Part shown: piece by piece, positions 36,251-48,989 of the stretch
Position numbering within the stretch: the stretch's first letter is position 1
Layout: the number at the start of each line of letters is the position of its first letter
NCBI RefSeq assembly: GCF_963921235.1
Contig: NC_086109.1
Coordinates: forward strand, 12,710,001 to 12,774,000
Direction of reading: 5' to 3'
DNA from: Mobula hypostoma
Taxonomy: Eukaryota
DNA: 64,000 nt
Position numbers and translations under genes: made by a program
The notes under the pieces: generated by a model
What the model was told of the DNA's origin: nothing
Seen by the model: the letters and a program-made list of their open reading frames with translations, nothing else
Databases searched by the model: none

Positions 36251-37251
36251 CAGGGGTGAAGGTTACTGTAAATTACAGGAGATTTGATTCTTCTATTCAA
36301 TCGAGGAGGCCTCAGATTGTAAGTCATCAGATTGCAGTGTCTGGCTCATTGCGATTTCTCGGTCGAACTTCCTGCTGCCTTCTTCCTCATTCTTCTCTTG
36401 CACTGACCTATTTTGTGCTCATTCACTTCCTCTAACTGTGAGCATTTGCTTTACTCATCAGCACCCAGTATTTTTTTTCCATTTTTCCATTAAAAAAAAT
36501 ACTATGGACGCTGTCCGAGCAGGGGCACAGTACCGGCATTTATTGTCTTCATCTCTTGTCTTACTGAGTAATTCCAGGCAGGCATTTTGAAGAGTTCAAT
36601 GAGGCAATTTGACAAATATTTCCCTAAAAAATTCATTGCCCCCGCTTTTGAAAAACAGCCATTATAAGTAAAAGTATTTGGGGAATATGATTACTTGTGA
36701 GTTCAATGACGTTCAGTATTCATTGACAATGCAAACTCAAATGCCAGAGGCATGGTGAAGACACCTGCAAATGGAGTGAAACTGACCGGGTGATCGACAG
36801 GCAGGAGGAAAGCTTTTCAACCCAGGGAGATTTAGATGGTCAGTGGGGTAGAAAAATAGCAAGGGGATTCAAATAGAACATAGAGCAGTACTTCGGCCCA
36901 CAATGTTGTGCTGAACTAATTAAATTAGTAATCAAATGGCCAACTCAACTTACCCATTCTGCCTGCGCAATGTCGATATCCTTCCATTTTCTTCACATTT
37001 AAATTCATGTGCCTATCTAAATGTCTATTAAAAGTTTCTAATGTACCTGCCTCTATACCAGCCCAGACAGTGCGTTCCCGGCACCTACCACTCTCTGTGT
37101 AACAAAAAAACCTTACCTCTCATATCTCATTTGAAATTACCCCTTCTCACCTTAAATGCATGCCCATGGGAAAAATTATACTATCTGTCTACTCTATCTA
37201 TTCCTCTTGAAATCTAATAATCCTCTCTCAGATCTCCTCTCAGTCTCTGCC

Positions 37252-38378
37252 TGTCATGGTCCGGTCCGTGAAGTCCGCATTCCAGTTCACGGTCTGGTCC
37301 ATTGACCCTTGCTCCAGGTTTTACTGTCTACCCTGTTTCTGTTCTTGTTGACCACTAATTGAGGCAGCTGATTCTTGTGGGGGCTGGCTGCATAAATACC
37401 TCCAGAGCCCAGGGCGTGGTTGCTGTATTGTTCTTGTCCTTACTTCTTGTATCCCTTCCTCTGCCTTCTATTTCCTCGTCTGGAGCCTTGCCTTGCCTTG
37501 TCGGTAACTCTCGCCTCGCCTGAAGTTCTTGTCTTGCCTTGCATTGCCTGAAGCCTTGCCTTGTCTTGCTGGTAACTCTTGCCTCGTCACGCCTGAAGTC
37601 TAGTCTTGGAGCCACGCTGTACCTAGCTCCCATCCTGTCCCTTGCTTCTGCCAGTTAAGTCAGGCCGTCAGGCCGTCTTGCCGTTACCCTGCGGTTAGTT
37701 CTGTCCCTTCCTGTCCCTTGCCTCTGTCAGGTAAGCGAGGCCGTCTTGCCATTACCCTATGGTTGGTTCTGCTCCTTCCTGTCCCTTGCCTCCATCAGCT
37801 AAGTCAGGCTGCCTTGTCGTTACCTGCGGGTGGTTCTGTCCCTTCCTGTCCCTTGCCTCCATCGGGCAAGTCAGGACAGATTGCTGTTACCCTGTGGTGG
37901 GTTCTCTCCCTCCCTGTCCCTTGTCTTCATCGGGTGGAGATCCGTGCCCTGCCCAGGTAATCCGCGCCCTGCCCAGGAGTACCGTGCCCAGGAGGGGCTT
38001 CAAGGTCCAAAGCCTCTAGCCAAGCCTCGCATCAAGACTCTGGTCTCAAGCCTCTGGTCTCCAGCCTCGCCTCAAGCCTCTGGTCTCAAGCCTCGCCTCA
38101 AGCCTGAAGACTCCAGCCTTGTCCTGCCTGCCAGCCAAGAGACATCCTTATCTTGTTCTCAGGTCCGAGCAAGAGGCAAGATCCAGGTTCTGGGTCCTTG
38201 TCCAGTCTCTAGCTTGGAGTCCAAGCCCTGGCTCCTAGCTCTCTTGTCCAGTCCTGTTCCGGGTTCCCAGAGTTTTGTGTCCATGTCCTGGCCCCCACCC
38301 TGTATCCTAGTCCTGTCCCTAGTACTTTAGTGTCTGTGTCTTGCACTTGGGTCTGTTCCCAGCCATCACCTTATGACA
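37252..38378 (+). mobile_element. Solo LTR with internal tandem repeats
   Basis: TGTCA...TGACA termini, perfect 5-bp TSD CTGCC; (CCTTG)n-like and about 60-65-bp repeat arrays inside. Confidence 0.9.
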
Positions 38379-40459
38379 CTGCCACTCCAGAGGAAATAAT
38401 CCAAGTTTATCCAACTGCTCATCGTAGCACATACATTAAATCTATAGAATGAGGGGCAATGTATGAAGAAAATAGTGTCTATATTGTTTTCTTTTTTTGT
38501 TATGTGCCATATCTTATGATGTTGGTGATCATGGTCTTTCCACGGCCACAATTGTTCTTGGATTTCTCACATTTCTACGGATGTGGTTTGTCATTGCCTT
38601 CTTCTGGAGAGTGTCTTTACAAGACAGTTGACCCCAGCCATTATCAATACACTACAGAGGTTGTCTGTCAGACGTCAGTAGGTGCATAACTAGGAACTGT
38701 TATATGCACTAGCTGCTCATATGACCATCCCCCACCTGCTCCCATGGCTGAACGTAACCCTGACGGGGGGATGGAGGGTAGGGGTTGGTGGGGGGCTAAG
38801 CAAGTGCTACACCTTGCGCAAGGATGACCTGCATAGGTTAGTGGAGGGTAGGCGTGTCTTGCACCTCCTTTGGTAGAGCGGTACCTCCACCCCACCACCA
38901 GTGTATTAATGGATAAGTAAATGCAAGGATATTGAGGAATGTGTGGATCATAGGGACCTTGCACACTCACTGATCACTGAGTGTGATTGAAGAAGTAGAT
39001 AAGGTGATTAGAAAGGCAGACACAACGGCTTCCTTGATTTGTAGATTCTGAGGATGTAGGAGCAGTGTGGTTATGCCCATGGCTTGAACACTGCAGTCAT
39101 TTGAGTCAACCACATTACCAGAGAGACAAGGATGCACTGGAGAGACTGCAGAAGAGATTGGTGAGGATCTGCCTGGGTCTGAGTGCTTCACTCATTGGAT
39201 TGATTGGATTGACTGGGGTTGCTTTGTCTGGAACTGAGGAGGCAAAGAGGAGGCTTAATTGAGTTGTGAAAAATTATAAAGGGCATCAAAAGCATGAATG
39301 GGAAGAATTTTGGTCACTTAGATGAGTTATTAAAGATAGGTGTCCTAGGTTAAGTTTCTGTTGTTAGGATTAGAGGGGAGATGAGGAAAACACTTCTCTC
39401 CCAGGGAGAGTGCAATCGCTTGACTCATGTATGACGTTCTCCTAAGGAATTGGCTATTGGTGGGTCCTTTGGTGTCACTAGGATCCACAATATCACAATT
39501 CTGCCCCCTCACGCCACTCGCTGATCAGCACAAGATTTAATCTGGGATGTTAGGGTGGAGACCCTTGATGGAGAACACCTGTGCGTGACTTTGTTTAAAG
39601 TGGGGAGACTGAAGCATCGGCAGCCACGACCCAGTCCATGACATGTCGGAGTGAGGGTCAAGAGGCATGATGACTGGGGACCCTTCACTGCTGCAGCCCT
39701 CCTTCGTCTTCACTGCTGTTGTGATGTGTCATCGCCTTCCACTGGATCCACTGTTGAGGCCTTGGTTGGATCACGCTTTGTCTGCAACCTCCCCCTTGAT
39801 CTTACTACCATGGAAGACACGACCAGGAGCTAAGCTCCAGACGGCATTGCTCTCAGATCTCAGGAACTCACGTCCTCTCCACCACAACATAGTGATGATC
39901 CATGGAGAAGTGAGAAAGTGGTAGGGTTCTGAAACTTACTTCCTGAAGGGTTGTTAGAAGCAGAAACCTTCAGCACAATAAACAGAGCCTGGAAGGTGTA
40001 TTTGAAGAGCCGTTACTTGCTGGGCTAAAGACCCATGGTAGAGGGTGGACCAGAAATAAAGAAAGTTTTTGACTAGTACAGAATGAAGGGCTGAACACGC
40101 TCCTATGTTGTACATTCTAGATCCTGCATCAGGAAAACAGAAGTGGAGATTAATGTTTTATTTTTATTGACAGGAAGTTCTGGTGATATACGCCAGTGTC
40201 CTTTCTTGATAAGTTATAAAACCGGAATGTATGAGGAAACAGGAACATAGTGTTATTTTGGGGATCAACATTTTCTGCATGTTTCGTACTTCCACGTGCC
40301 CTCAAATTTTGGGTGAATATAAATAAACAATTTTTTCAGATCACCTCAAATCTCACAGTACATTGAAATCAAGAATAAACAGTTAAACAGAATGTATTAC
40401 TCCTCCAATAGGTGTAAATTAATGGCAACTGTTATCCCTTGTACTGAAACACTCCTCAG

Positions 40460-40560
40460 AATTCATCTGTTGAAGAGAATCACAGCACGAGCTGGATAGA
40501 TCCCACTTAGCTGAACATCTAAAGATCTAACCAGGACAACAGTGATATTGTGGATTTATA
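40460..40560 (+). pseudogene. Degenerate copy of exon-like block 51732-51866
   Basis: Same ctcctcag acceptor context; reads EFIC* with several stops against DFICPRE in the paralog. Confidence 0.4.
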
Positions 40561-40574
40561 CTGTAAAAACAAAA

Positions 40575-41075
40575 AAAAACTCACAGATGACAGAAATCCA
40601 GAGCAACACACACAAAATGCTGAAGGAATTCAGCCAGTCAGGCAGCATTATGGAAAGGCATAAGCAGTTGACATTTCAGGCCAAAACCCTTTTGGAGGAC
40701 TGGATAATCATGACATATTGTGGAATATTGTTTAAAAAAACTCCCGTCTCCCCTCTTATTCTAATCCCAACCTGGCCTGTTGCCTCTTCTCAGCTGACTA
40801 TCACATCCCCCGGGTCTCCTCCCCTTCCCTTTCTCCTATGGGACCTTTCTCCTCTCCTATCAGATTCCTTCCTCTCCAGCCCTTTATCTCTCCAACCTAT
40901 CACATTCTAGATATCTTCTTTCCCCGCCCCCCTTTCTGCCCAGTCTAGAGAAGAATCTTGCCTCTAAATGTCAACTGCTTATTCATTTCCTCAGATGCTG
41001 CCTGACTTGTAGTGTTCCTCAAACATTTGGTGTATGATTGTTTGGAATTCCAGCATCTGCAGAATTTCTTGTGTT
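40575..41075. mobile_element. Two opposed Penelope-like terminal relics
   Basis: acacacaaaatgctgaaggaattcagc (minus) and gatgctgcctgacttg...cagcatctgcagaatttc (plus). Confidence 0.55.
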
Positions 41076-41400
41076 CATATATTGTGGAATTGGCAACTTC
41101 CATTTCCTGACAAAGTGAGTGAAGGTATGCTGGGCTAGAGGTAAGGGAGACCATAAGAGGAGATAGATACTGTACATGTGGGACCCGTCCAAATTCTGTT
41201 CTCTATCATTCTATGAGAAATATTTAAGCGACTCACACAGACGATTTCCTGACAAACTGGATTTGATTTGGTTCAAGAACAGAGCTGACACAGATTTTAC
41301 CTCTGTAATAAAATCCATGTCACCACAATGCATGAATGTGCAATTCCAATCTGCTGTTTTCCCTCTAAAATTGAACTGAAGAAAAGTGAAATCCCATTAG

Positions 41401-41444
41401 GGCTCCTGAAATTGCACTGACCAATGGAATATATTTCAGAGCAG
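41401..41444 (+). other. Conserved 44-nt exon-like block (copy A)
   Basis: AG|...|gtgagt boundaries; same length and position as 52149-52192 in the duplicated segment. Confidence 0.4.
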
Positions 41445-42898
41445 GTGAGTTTTAAAGGTTGCATGAAAGAACTGACAGAGCCTTCAGAGGGAATGAAGCC
41501 AAGTATTGGATGCTGAGTACGCCTGAAAAGCCCCTTCTACATTCCCCCTGTTTCCTGCTTTGCTCTTCCCTCAGAGGCAGGGTCTCCAAAGCAAGTTTGA
41601 CTGAATTATCACCAAGGCAGATCCAGAGTGATCTACAAATCTTGGGGTGAAATCCATAACTCCTTGAAGGTGGCAACGTGGACAGATGTAATGTTAGTGG
41701 TAAAATAGTCTTCAGTCTTGACATTAAACAAAAATGTCTGGAATACGTGTAGTAGCTGTATAAAACTTTGCTAACTCCACATTTGGAGTTTGCTAGTAGT
41801 TCTGGTTGCCGCAAAACAGGAAAGGATTTGGACCCTTTAGGAGAGCTGCAGAAGAGATTCACCTGCTTTTTTTCTGAATTAGAGCATATAAGGTGGATGG
41901 AGAGGTTGTAGAAACAAGGATTGTTTTTTCTCTGGAAACTGAAGAGACACCAGAAAGAACTTTATGAAAATGAATGCAGTATAGATAGGGCAAAGAGTAA
42001 GAGTCTTTTTCCCCAGGATCTAATATGAGAGTTGAGAGTGGTTACACATAAATAAGTTTCCCAGTGAGAATTCTACACAGAATAGTACGTGCCTGGAATG
42101 TACTGCTAGGATTGAGGTGGGAGAAGATATCATAATGTCATTTAAGAAGGCAATTATTCACACACATTAACATGTGAGGGATGGATCGATATGGAACATA
42201 TACAGCCAGATTGGATGAGTTTACTTGCCATAGTCAGAGCAGACCTTTTCCTGTTCTTCACTGTTTCATGTTCTATTAACTAACCATAGCATGATATACA
42301 TTTTGTTAACTACTCCAACCAATGCAAAGTGAAGGCAGGTGGATGGTGTTTATGAATTGTCCAAACGGAGAGTTTCTGTGCCTTCACACTCTGACCCCAT
42401 AACTCTAGTTTGCAACAAGTGAAAAGCATTACTGAAGTTCATAATACAAGTTTTAGATAACTGTGCAGAAGCAGAATTAACTTTTACCTTGTGGCCACTC
42501 ATGCGGACTCCCGATGATGAAAGGCCTCTCCATTTTTGATGGGAATCCATTACCAGTACAAGGACAGAGGGATCAGCAGGAGAAACCAGCCACATGGGAG
42601 AGGCAATTGGAGCTATTTATTTTATTTGATTTAGACATGCTTGTATAAAAGTTTAAATTGCCTTAATGTGTACCCGCTCTTATTCTTCTAAATTTAAATA
42701 TTGAATTAATTTATCATTGCTAACATGATTGTTCAATGTTACAGGCTTAGGGACCCTCAGAAATTTCCCCTGCCTCTCTGAACAAACTGTGCATCAGCTA
42801 CTATACCTGTGGGTTTATCTTAAATCCCCGGTGCTATTGAAAACAGAAGCGGGGAGTGAAGGGGTCTATTTCACTCACACACAAAATAACACACAACA

Positions 42899-43345
42899 TA
42901 CGAGGAGTGATTGGTAAGTATGTGGCCTACGGTAGAAGGAGTCAATTTTAGAAAACCTAGCACATTTATTTTTCAACATAGTCCCCTCCTGCATTTACAC
43001 ACTTAGTCCAGCAGTTGAGGAGCATACGGATCTTGGACCCCCAGGAAGTGTCTAGTGCTGGGGTGATTGATAAGCTCGTGGCCTAAGGTAGAAGAAGATG
43101 AGTTATACAGCTCTCGTGACATGCACATGCAGGTCAACTCTTTGAGTGATTATGCAGAAAGTTTGAAGTTAATAACTCATCTCATTCTACCTTAGGCCAC
43201 GAACTTATCAATCACCCCTGATAAGTTATTAACTTCAAACTTTCTGCATGATCACTCAAAGAGTTGACATGCAAGTGCATGTAACGAGAGCTGTATAACT
43301 CATCTCCTTCTACCTTAGGCCTCGAACTTATCAATCACCCCTCTT
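42899..43345. mobile_element. Mariner-like MITE with duplicated terminal repeats
   Basis: gtgattgataag(t/c)tcgtggcctaaggtagaag forward at about 42905 and 43062, reverse at about 43185 and 43305. Confidence 0.7.
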
Positions 43346-43349
43346 AAAC

Positions 43350-43800
43350 TCAACAGGAGGTACTTGATATAGTGCCACTGGGAGTACGTAGTGGTCTTCA
43401 GTTACTGTAGCCCATCCAGTTCAGGGTTCAATGTATTATGTGTTCAGAGATGCTCTTCCTCACACCACTATCGTAATGCATGTTTTTTTGAGTTACTGTC
43501 CCTTCCTGTCAGCTTAAACCAGTCTGACCATTCTGCTCTGATCTTCCCATAAACAAGGCATTTTCACCCACTGAACCACCCCTCACACGATTTTTTTTTC
43601 ATTTTTTTGCTCCATCCTCTGTGAACTTTGGAGACTGTAGTGTGTGCAAATCCCAGGAGATCATCAGTTTCTGAGATACTCAAACTACTCCATCTGGCAC
43701 CTACAATCATTCCACAGTAAAGTCACTTAGATCACATTTCTTCCCATTCTGACGTTTGTTCTGAAGAACAACTGAACCTCTCGACCATGATTTTTCTCTT
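43350..43800. mobile_element. Tc1-like MITE relic
   Basis: gccactgggagtacgtagtggtcttc...tagcccatccag shared with 55790-56230. Confidence 0.55.
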
Positions 43801-43949
43801 CCTCTCATTCCTTTCTCTTCCTCCGTTAACTTTTTGTCATCAACCCTTTACTCGATGACTCATCATGGATAACATTTTAACTCAAGCAAGAAAAAAAGCT
43901 TCTGGAGGAACTTTGGGAGTCAGACAGCATCTGCAGATTGAATTGAATT

Positions 43950-44310
43950 GAATTCACTTTACTTCTTACATCCTTCACAAACATAAGGAGTAAAAATCTC
44001 TATGTTACGTCTCCATCTGAATGTGCAATGTGCAAATTACAGTAATTTGTAATAAATAGTATGAGCAGTAAGATATACAACAGAACAGTCAATATAGCTT
44101 AGAAGTACAATTGTGTCAGTGTGAATTAATCAGTCTGATGGTCTGGTGGAAGAAGCTGTCCCGGAGCCTGTTGCTCCTGGCTTTTATGCTGCGATACTGT
44201 TTCCCGGATCGTAGCAGCTGGAACAGCTTGTGGTCGGGGTAACTTAGTTTGCCAATAATCCTTCGGGTCCTTTTTACGCACCTATCACTGTTAATGTCCT
44301 GCAGAATGGT
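43950..44310 (-). mobile_element. Rex1/Babar-like 3' end
   Basis: CVKRTRRIIGKLSYPDHKLFQLLRSGKQYRSIK..LRDSFF. Confidence 0.75.
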
Positions 44311-44454
44311 CAACATTTCAGATTAAGCTGCTGCATCATGACTCCTCCAGCAATTTATTTTTGCTGCAGATTATTACATCTGCTGTTGCTGGCGTCTAAC
44401 AATTCGATTTTCTCATCACTTCTATCTGTTATTGGGAATTGTCTTTAATTTTGA

Positions 44455-44790
44455 TAAATATAATTAAGAGCTTTTGATATTCTGGCCTTTTACCTCATCC
44501 CACCTTCCTATCACTTCCCCCTGGGTCCCCTTCTCCTTCCCTTTCTCCGATGTTCCACGGTCCTCTCCTATGAGATTCCTTCCTCTCCAGCCCTTTACCT
44601 TACCCACCCACGTGGCTTCACCAATCACTTTACAGCTAGCCTGCATCCCCTCACCCATCCTTTCATTCTGGTGTCTTCCCCTTTCATTTTCAGACCTGAT
44701 AAAGGATCCGGGCCCAAAATATCGACTATGTTCATTTACATAGATGCTTCCTGATTTACTGAGTTCCTCCAGAATTTTGTGTTTGTTGCT
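44455..44790 (+). mobile_element. Penelope-like 3' end relic
   Basis: Similar to 6300-6600; degenerate hammerhead-like motif at about 44693-44728. Confidence 0.6.
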
Positions 44791-44827
44791 TTTCATATGA
44801 TCATATGTCAAACCTTAGTTAGCTCAC

Positions 44828-44934
44828 TGTGGTTTTGGGATTGGACTTCCCGCCCTGTACTTCCTTATTTTCATTCAACAGTAATTTCACTCTGTGAACA
44901 GACAAGTGCTGACAGGGTCTCAGTGAATAAAACA
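44828..44934 (+). promoter_or_regulatory. Putative TATA-less promoter or 5' region of leader exon A (RUNX and two ETS-type motifs)
   Basis: TGTGGTTT at 44828, ACTTCC at 44845, ACTTCCTT at 44859; the layout is conserved upstream of leader B. Confidence 0.35.
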
Positions 44935-44971
44935 ATGTGGATTTCGTTTCTTCTGATTAGTTTCCTACCCG
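44935..44971 (+). CDS. Signal-peptide (leader) exon A of a CD300/MDIR-like gene (MWISFLLISFLP), no V exon of its own found
   Basis: ATG...CCC G|gtgagt, phase 1; paralogous to leader B together with flanks. Confidence 0.7.
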
Positions 44972-45199
44972 GTGAGTGACAACCAGCATGGGGCATTTTT
45001 ATAATCAGTTTTGGTTTGCATTGTTTCCAGAACAGGGCTTGAATACGTGTAGACACTAAAGATGTCAGAAACTGGAGTTCAGAGAAATCTCCTGGAGGAA
45101 CTCAGCAGGCCAAGCAGCATCTGTCTGGGGGAAGGGAATTGTTGGTGGTTTGGGTTGAGTCCCTGCATTGAACCTGAGTGGAGAGGGAAGATAGTGTAA

Positions 45200-45640
45200 A
45201 TAGGAGAGAGGACATTGTGAAATAGGATCAGTTACTTGGACTGCACCCCAGGGTTCTGAAGGAGCTAACTGAAGAGATTGTAGAGGCATGAGTATTAATT
45301 TTCAAGTATGGTTCCAGAGGAATGGAAAACTACAAATGTCACTCATTTCTTTAAGAAGAGAGGGAGACAAAAGGCAGGAAGTTATAGGACAATTAGTCCG
45401 ACTTCAGTGGTTGGTAAGATGTCAGAATCTGTTATTAAGGATGAGGTTTCAGAGTACTTGGAGATATATGGTAAGGTAGGATGAAGTCAGCATAATTTGC
45501 TTAAGGAGAAATCTACCCTGCCAAATTTGTTAGAATTCCTTAAAGAATTAACAGGCTGCATAGAGGAACGAGACTTTGTCCATCAGTGGATGATGTTTAC
45601 TTGGATTTTCAAAAACCTTTTGACAAAGTGTTGCACTAGT
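45200..45640 (+). mobile_element. Degenerate CR1 RT fragment
   Basis: ggactgcaccccagggttctgaagga; KSTLPNLLEFLKELT. Confidence 0.65.
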
Positions 45641-47609
45641 CAAAGTCAAAGTAAATTTATTATCAAAGTACATGCATGTCAGCATATACTACTGTGAGAT
45701 TCATTTTCTTTCAGGCATTTAGAGAAAAATAAAGCAATGTGGTAGAATTTGTGTAAACCTACATAAACGAAGTCAGACAAACAACCAAGGTGCAAAAGAA
45801 GACAAATAGTGCAGATAAAAATACACATATTTTAATACATTATTTTCATACTGAGAGTATGAGCTGCAGAATCCTTGAAAGTGAGACTGATTCCATGTGT
45901 TGTGGAATCAGTTCACAGTTCAAGTGAGTGAAGTTATCCACATCGGTTCAGGAGTCTGATGGTTAAAAGGTAATTCCTGTTCCCGAAAATTGGGGAGTGG
46001 ACACTGAAGGGTCTGAGCCCGAAACGTGGACAGTACCTGTTTCTATAAATGCTGCCTGGCCTGCTAAGTTTCTCTGGCATTTGTGTGTTACTATAAGATC
46101 AATCTAATCCATCCCTTCTGAAGCTCTCCTATAATCCATAAGTCTATCTAAGAGTTTTTTAAGTGTATCTGCCTCTACCATCACTCCTGGAATGGCTTTT
46201 ATGCTCCCACCACTCTGTGTAAAAAAACATGCCTCGGACACCCTCTCAATCCTTTCCTCCAATCACCTTGAAATTATTCCCCCACACATTGGCCATTTCT
46301 GCCCTGAGATATTCTCTGGATCACCGCTTGATCTATGCCTCTGATCATCTTGTACATCTCTATCTCTATCATGTTGTCTCTCACCCTCATTCGCTCCAAT
46401 TCTGAATTATCTTCAGATCCTCAAGAATTTTGCTTTCAATTTCAGTTTACTTTTGGTTAGAGAGAGATGGAGTTGTGGAGATGGAGAGATGGGGTAAGAG
46501 GAGTTGAGGGAAGGTGATCATAAATGATTGCCCTTATGCAACAGTAAATCAGTCACACACAATGTATTGGTGCCATGGAATATTGGTCACCAATATTCAG
46601 TTTCAGTGGAAACCAATGGGCTACAGGGTCGGGAAGGAAATATTGCATGTTTATTCTGTTTTATTTTTAACAATTAGCTTTTTATTCATCAAATTTACAT
46701 CAAAACATTGAAACATACAGTGAAATCCATCTTCTTGTGTCAAATGAAATTAGTGAAGACTGTGCTGGGATTAGGCTGGGTTAAATCGGTGGGTTACTGG
46801 GTGGTGTGGCTCATTGGGCCTAAAGAGCCTGTTCTGTGCTGAATCTCCAAACAAATAAACACTGGGAACACGAGTTATGGAGTCCTTGAAAGTGAGCCCA
46901 TAGGTTGTGTGCAGTGATCAGTTCAGTGTTGAGTGAGTGAAGTTATCCATGCTGATTCAGGGCCTGATCTTGAAACTACAGTCTGTCAGTTACTGAAACT
47001 TGATGCCTTAAAATGCGAATCCTCTGTCATATCAATCAAAGAAACTGACATCATCTCAATCAAAGGTGAAAGATATACAACTATAATAAGCTCAAAAATG
47101 GTGTGTAGGTTGCAGTTTTATTCCAGGTTGAAACTCGCTGTATAAGAGTGACCTGCTGCAGTTTTCAATGTAATGATGGCCTTTTGTCTTACGTATTCTC
47201 TTTCTCATCCACTGTGTGAAAAAAGCTTATGCTATACCATATCGTTATCTGATTACAAAGAATCTTCTAATATTTCGTGTTTTGTTATCATGCAGTGATG
47301 ATTTTCACATTTGCAAACAGCTCCCTTCATGTAGCAGCTCCGAGGCGAATTGTACATCGACGGGTTACAGTTACATGTCAACTCTGAGAAAAGTAGCAAC
47401 TTCTATTTGCAGATTCACACCCCGCTGACCATTGCAAGCTGCAACAAACTGCAATCACTCATTTTGTTCAAAGCACAACTTTTAATTCCATTGTTCATTC
47501 GTCTTTAATACCCCTGAATATTGACTGGAAAGATACCCAATTTCAATTAACTTTTATTTTATGCTGATCAAATGATTGCATAATTCTCAGAAAAGAAACT
47601 TCTACTTAT

Positions 47610-48500
47610 TATTAAAGGACATACTGTATATGTCACCATATACTGTTTCATTAACTTTCAGGCATTCACCGTAAATACAAAGAAACACAATAGAATCAGT
47701 GGAAACTACACACAAAGACAGACAAATAACCAATGAGTAAAAGAAAAAAAAATGGAAATACTAAAAGTAAAACAAAATAATAATAATAGTAATAAGTAAA
47801 TAAGTTCTAAATAATATTTGAAAACATGAGTTGTAGAATCCTTGAAAGTGACTCCAGAGGTTGTGGAATCTGTTCAGTGATAGGTGAAATTATCCACTTG
47901 GTTCAGAAGCCCCATGGTTAAGGGGTAATATCTGTTCCTGAACCTGGTGGTGTGGAACATGAGGCTCCTGTACCTGCTTCCTGACAGCAACAGGAAGAAG
48001 AGAGCATGGCCTAGTTGATGATAGATGCTGCTTTTAGTGCGTCAATGTGCTCCACAGTGAGGAGGGGTTTATCTGTGATCAACCGGACTTTATCACTACG
48101 TTTTGTTGGTTTATCCATTCAAGGACATTGGTGTTTTCATACCATGCCATGATGCAACCAGTAAGAATACTCTCCACTGTGTATCTATAAAACTTTGTCA
48201 AAGTTTCAGAAGACAGTTTGATCTTTGCAAACTTTTAAGTAAATAATGCGCTGCTGTGCTTTCTTTGTCATGGCAGATACATGCTGGACCCAGGACAGAT
48301 CCTCTAAAATGATAGTCAATTAATTTAAAGTTACTGACTCTTTCCACCTTTGATTTCCTGCTGAGTACTGGCTCGTGGACTTCTGGATACCTCATACTGT
48401 GGTCAATAATCAGCTCTTTGGTTTTGATGATGTTGAATGAGAGATAGTTGTTATGACAACATTCAGCCAGATTTTCAAACGTCCTCCTATATACTGATTG
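47610..48500 (-). mobile_element. Rex/L2-type LINE 3' fragment; the same 3' UTR recurs at about 45645-45990, 46690-46970, 58940-59240 and 63610-63990
   Basis: ORF ..CCHNNYLSFNIIKTKELIID..VERVSNFK; shared block agaatccttgaaagtgagtcc...tcagttcagtg. Confidence 0.6.
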
Positions 48501-48989
48501 AACACACACAAGTGTTGAAGGAACTCAACAGATCAGGCAGCATCTATGTAAAGGAATTAGCACTGGATGTTTTGGGCCATTGAACCCAGTTTCAGGTCAG
48601 GGACCCCTCCTCAGATCTGGATAAAAAATGGAAGACTGTCAGTTTAGAAAGCAGATCTGCTCAGAGGAATGATGTGTAAGACAAAGACGATACAGTTCAG
48701 TCCCAGGTGATGAAGCCCTGATTTATGGACACTTCTGCATATGAAAACAGATCTCTACATAGTGATGTAAATTATTTGAAATATAAAACACAAAATAATT
48801 AATTGCATAAGTATTCACCCCCTTCAAGTCAGTACTTCGTAGATGCACTTTTGCCAACAATTACTGCTTTGAGTCTGTGTTCGAACTTCTATATTCTTTA
48901 CTTGTCTTATTCTGTAAAAATAGAATACAGTTAAGTATCAATGGATGCCTCATGTAAACTAACTGTTGCAACCTTTCCCTGCATTGCCC

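Noticed and set aside
36280-36435. Small AG..GT block and a hydrophobic ORF end that might be a TM exon
   Set aside because: No continuous TM-length hydrophobic run in one frame with proper splice sites; adjacent to CR1 debris.
37560-38000. Regularly spaced repeats resembling a CRISPR array
   Set aside because: Eukaryotic context; the units are contiguous tandem repeats without unique spacers, inside an LTR, with no cas genes.
37718-38330. Several Pro/Leu/Ser-rich ORFs
   Set aside because: Products of tandem repeats inside the solo LTR.
38800-38830. TGCGCAAGGATGAC 14-mer identical to part of U6 snRNA; also considered an HDV-like ribozyme fold at 38715-38830
   Set aside because: The match does not extend either way, and I could not build consistent P1/P2/P3 pairings. 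It lies in an unclassified interspersed repeat.
40174-40250. Strong acceptor followed by GSSGDIRQCPF..*
   Set aside because: Early stop, no donor and no paralog in unit B.
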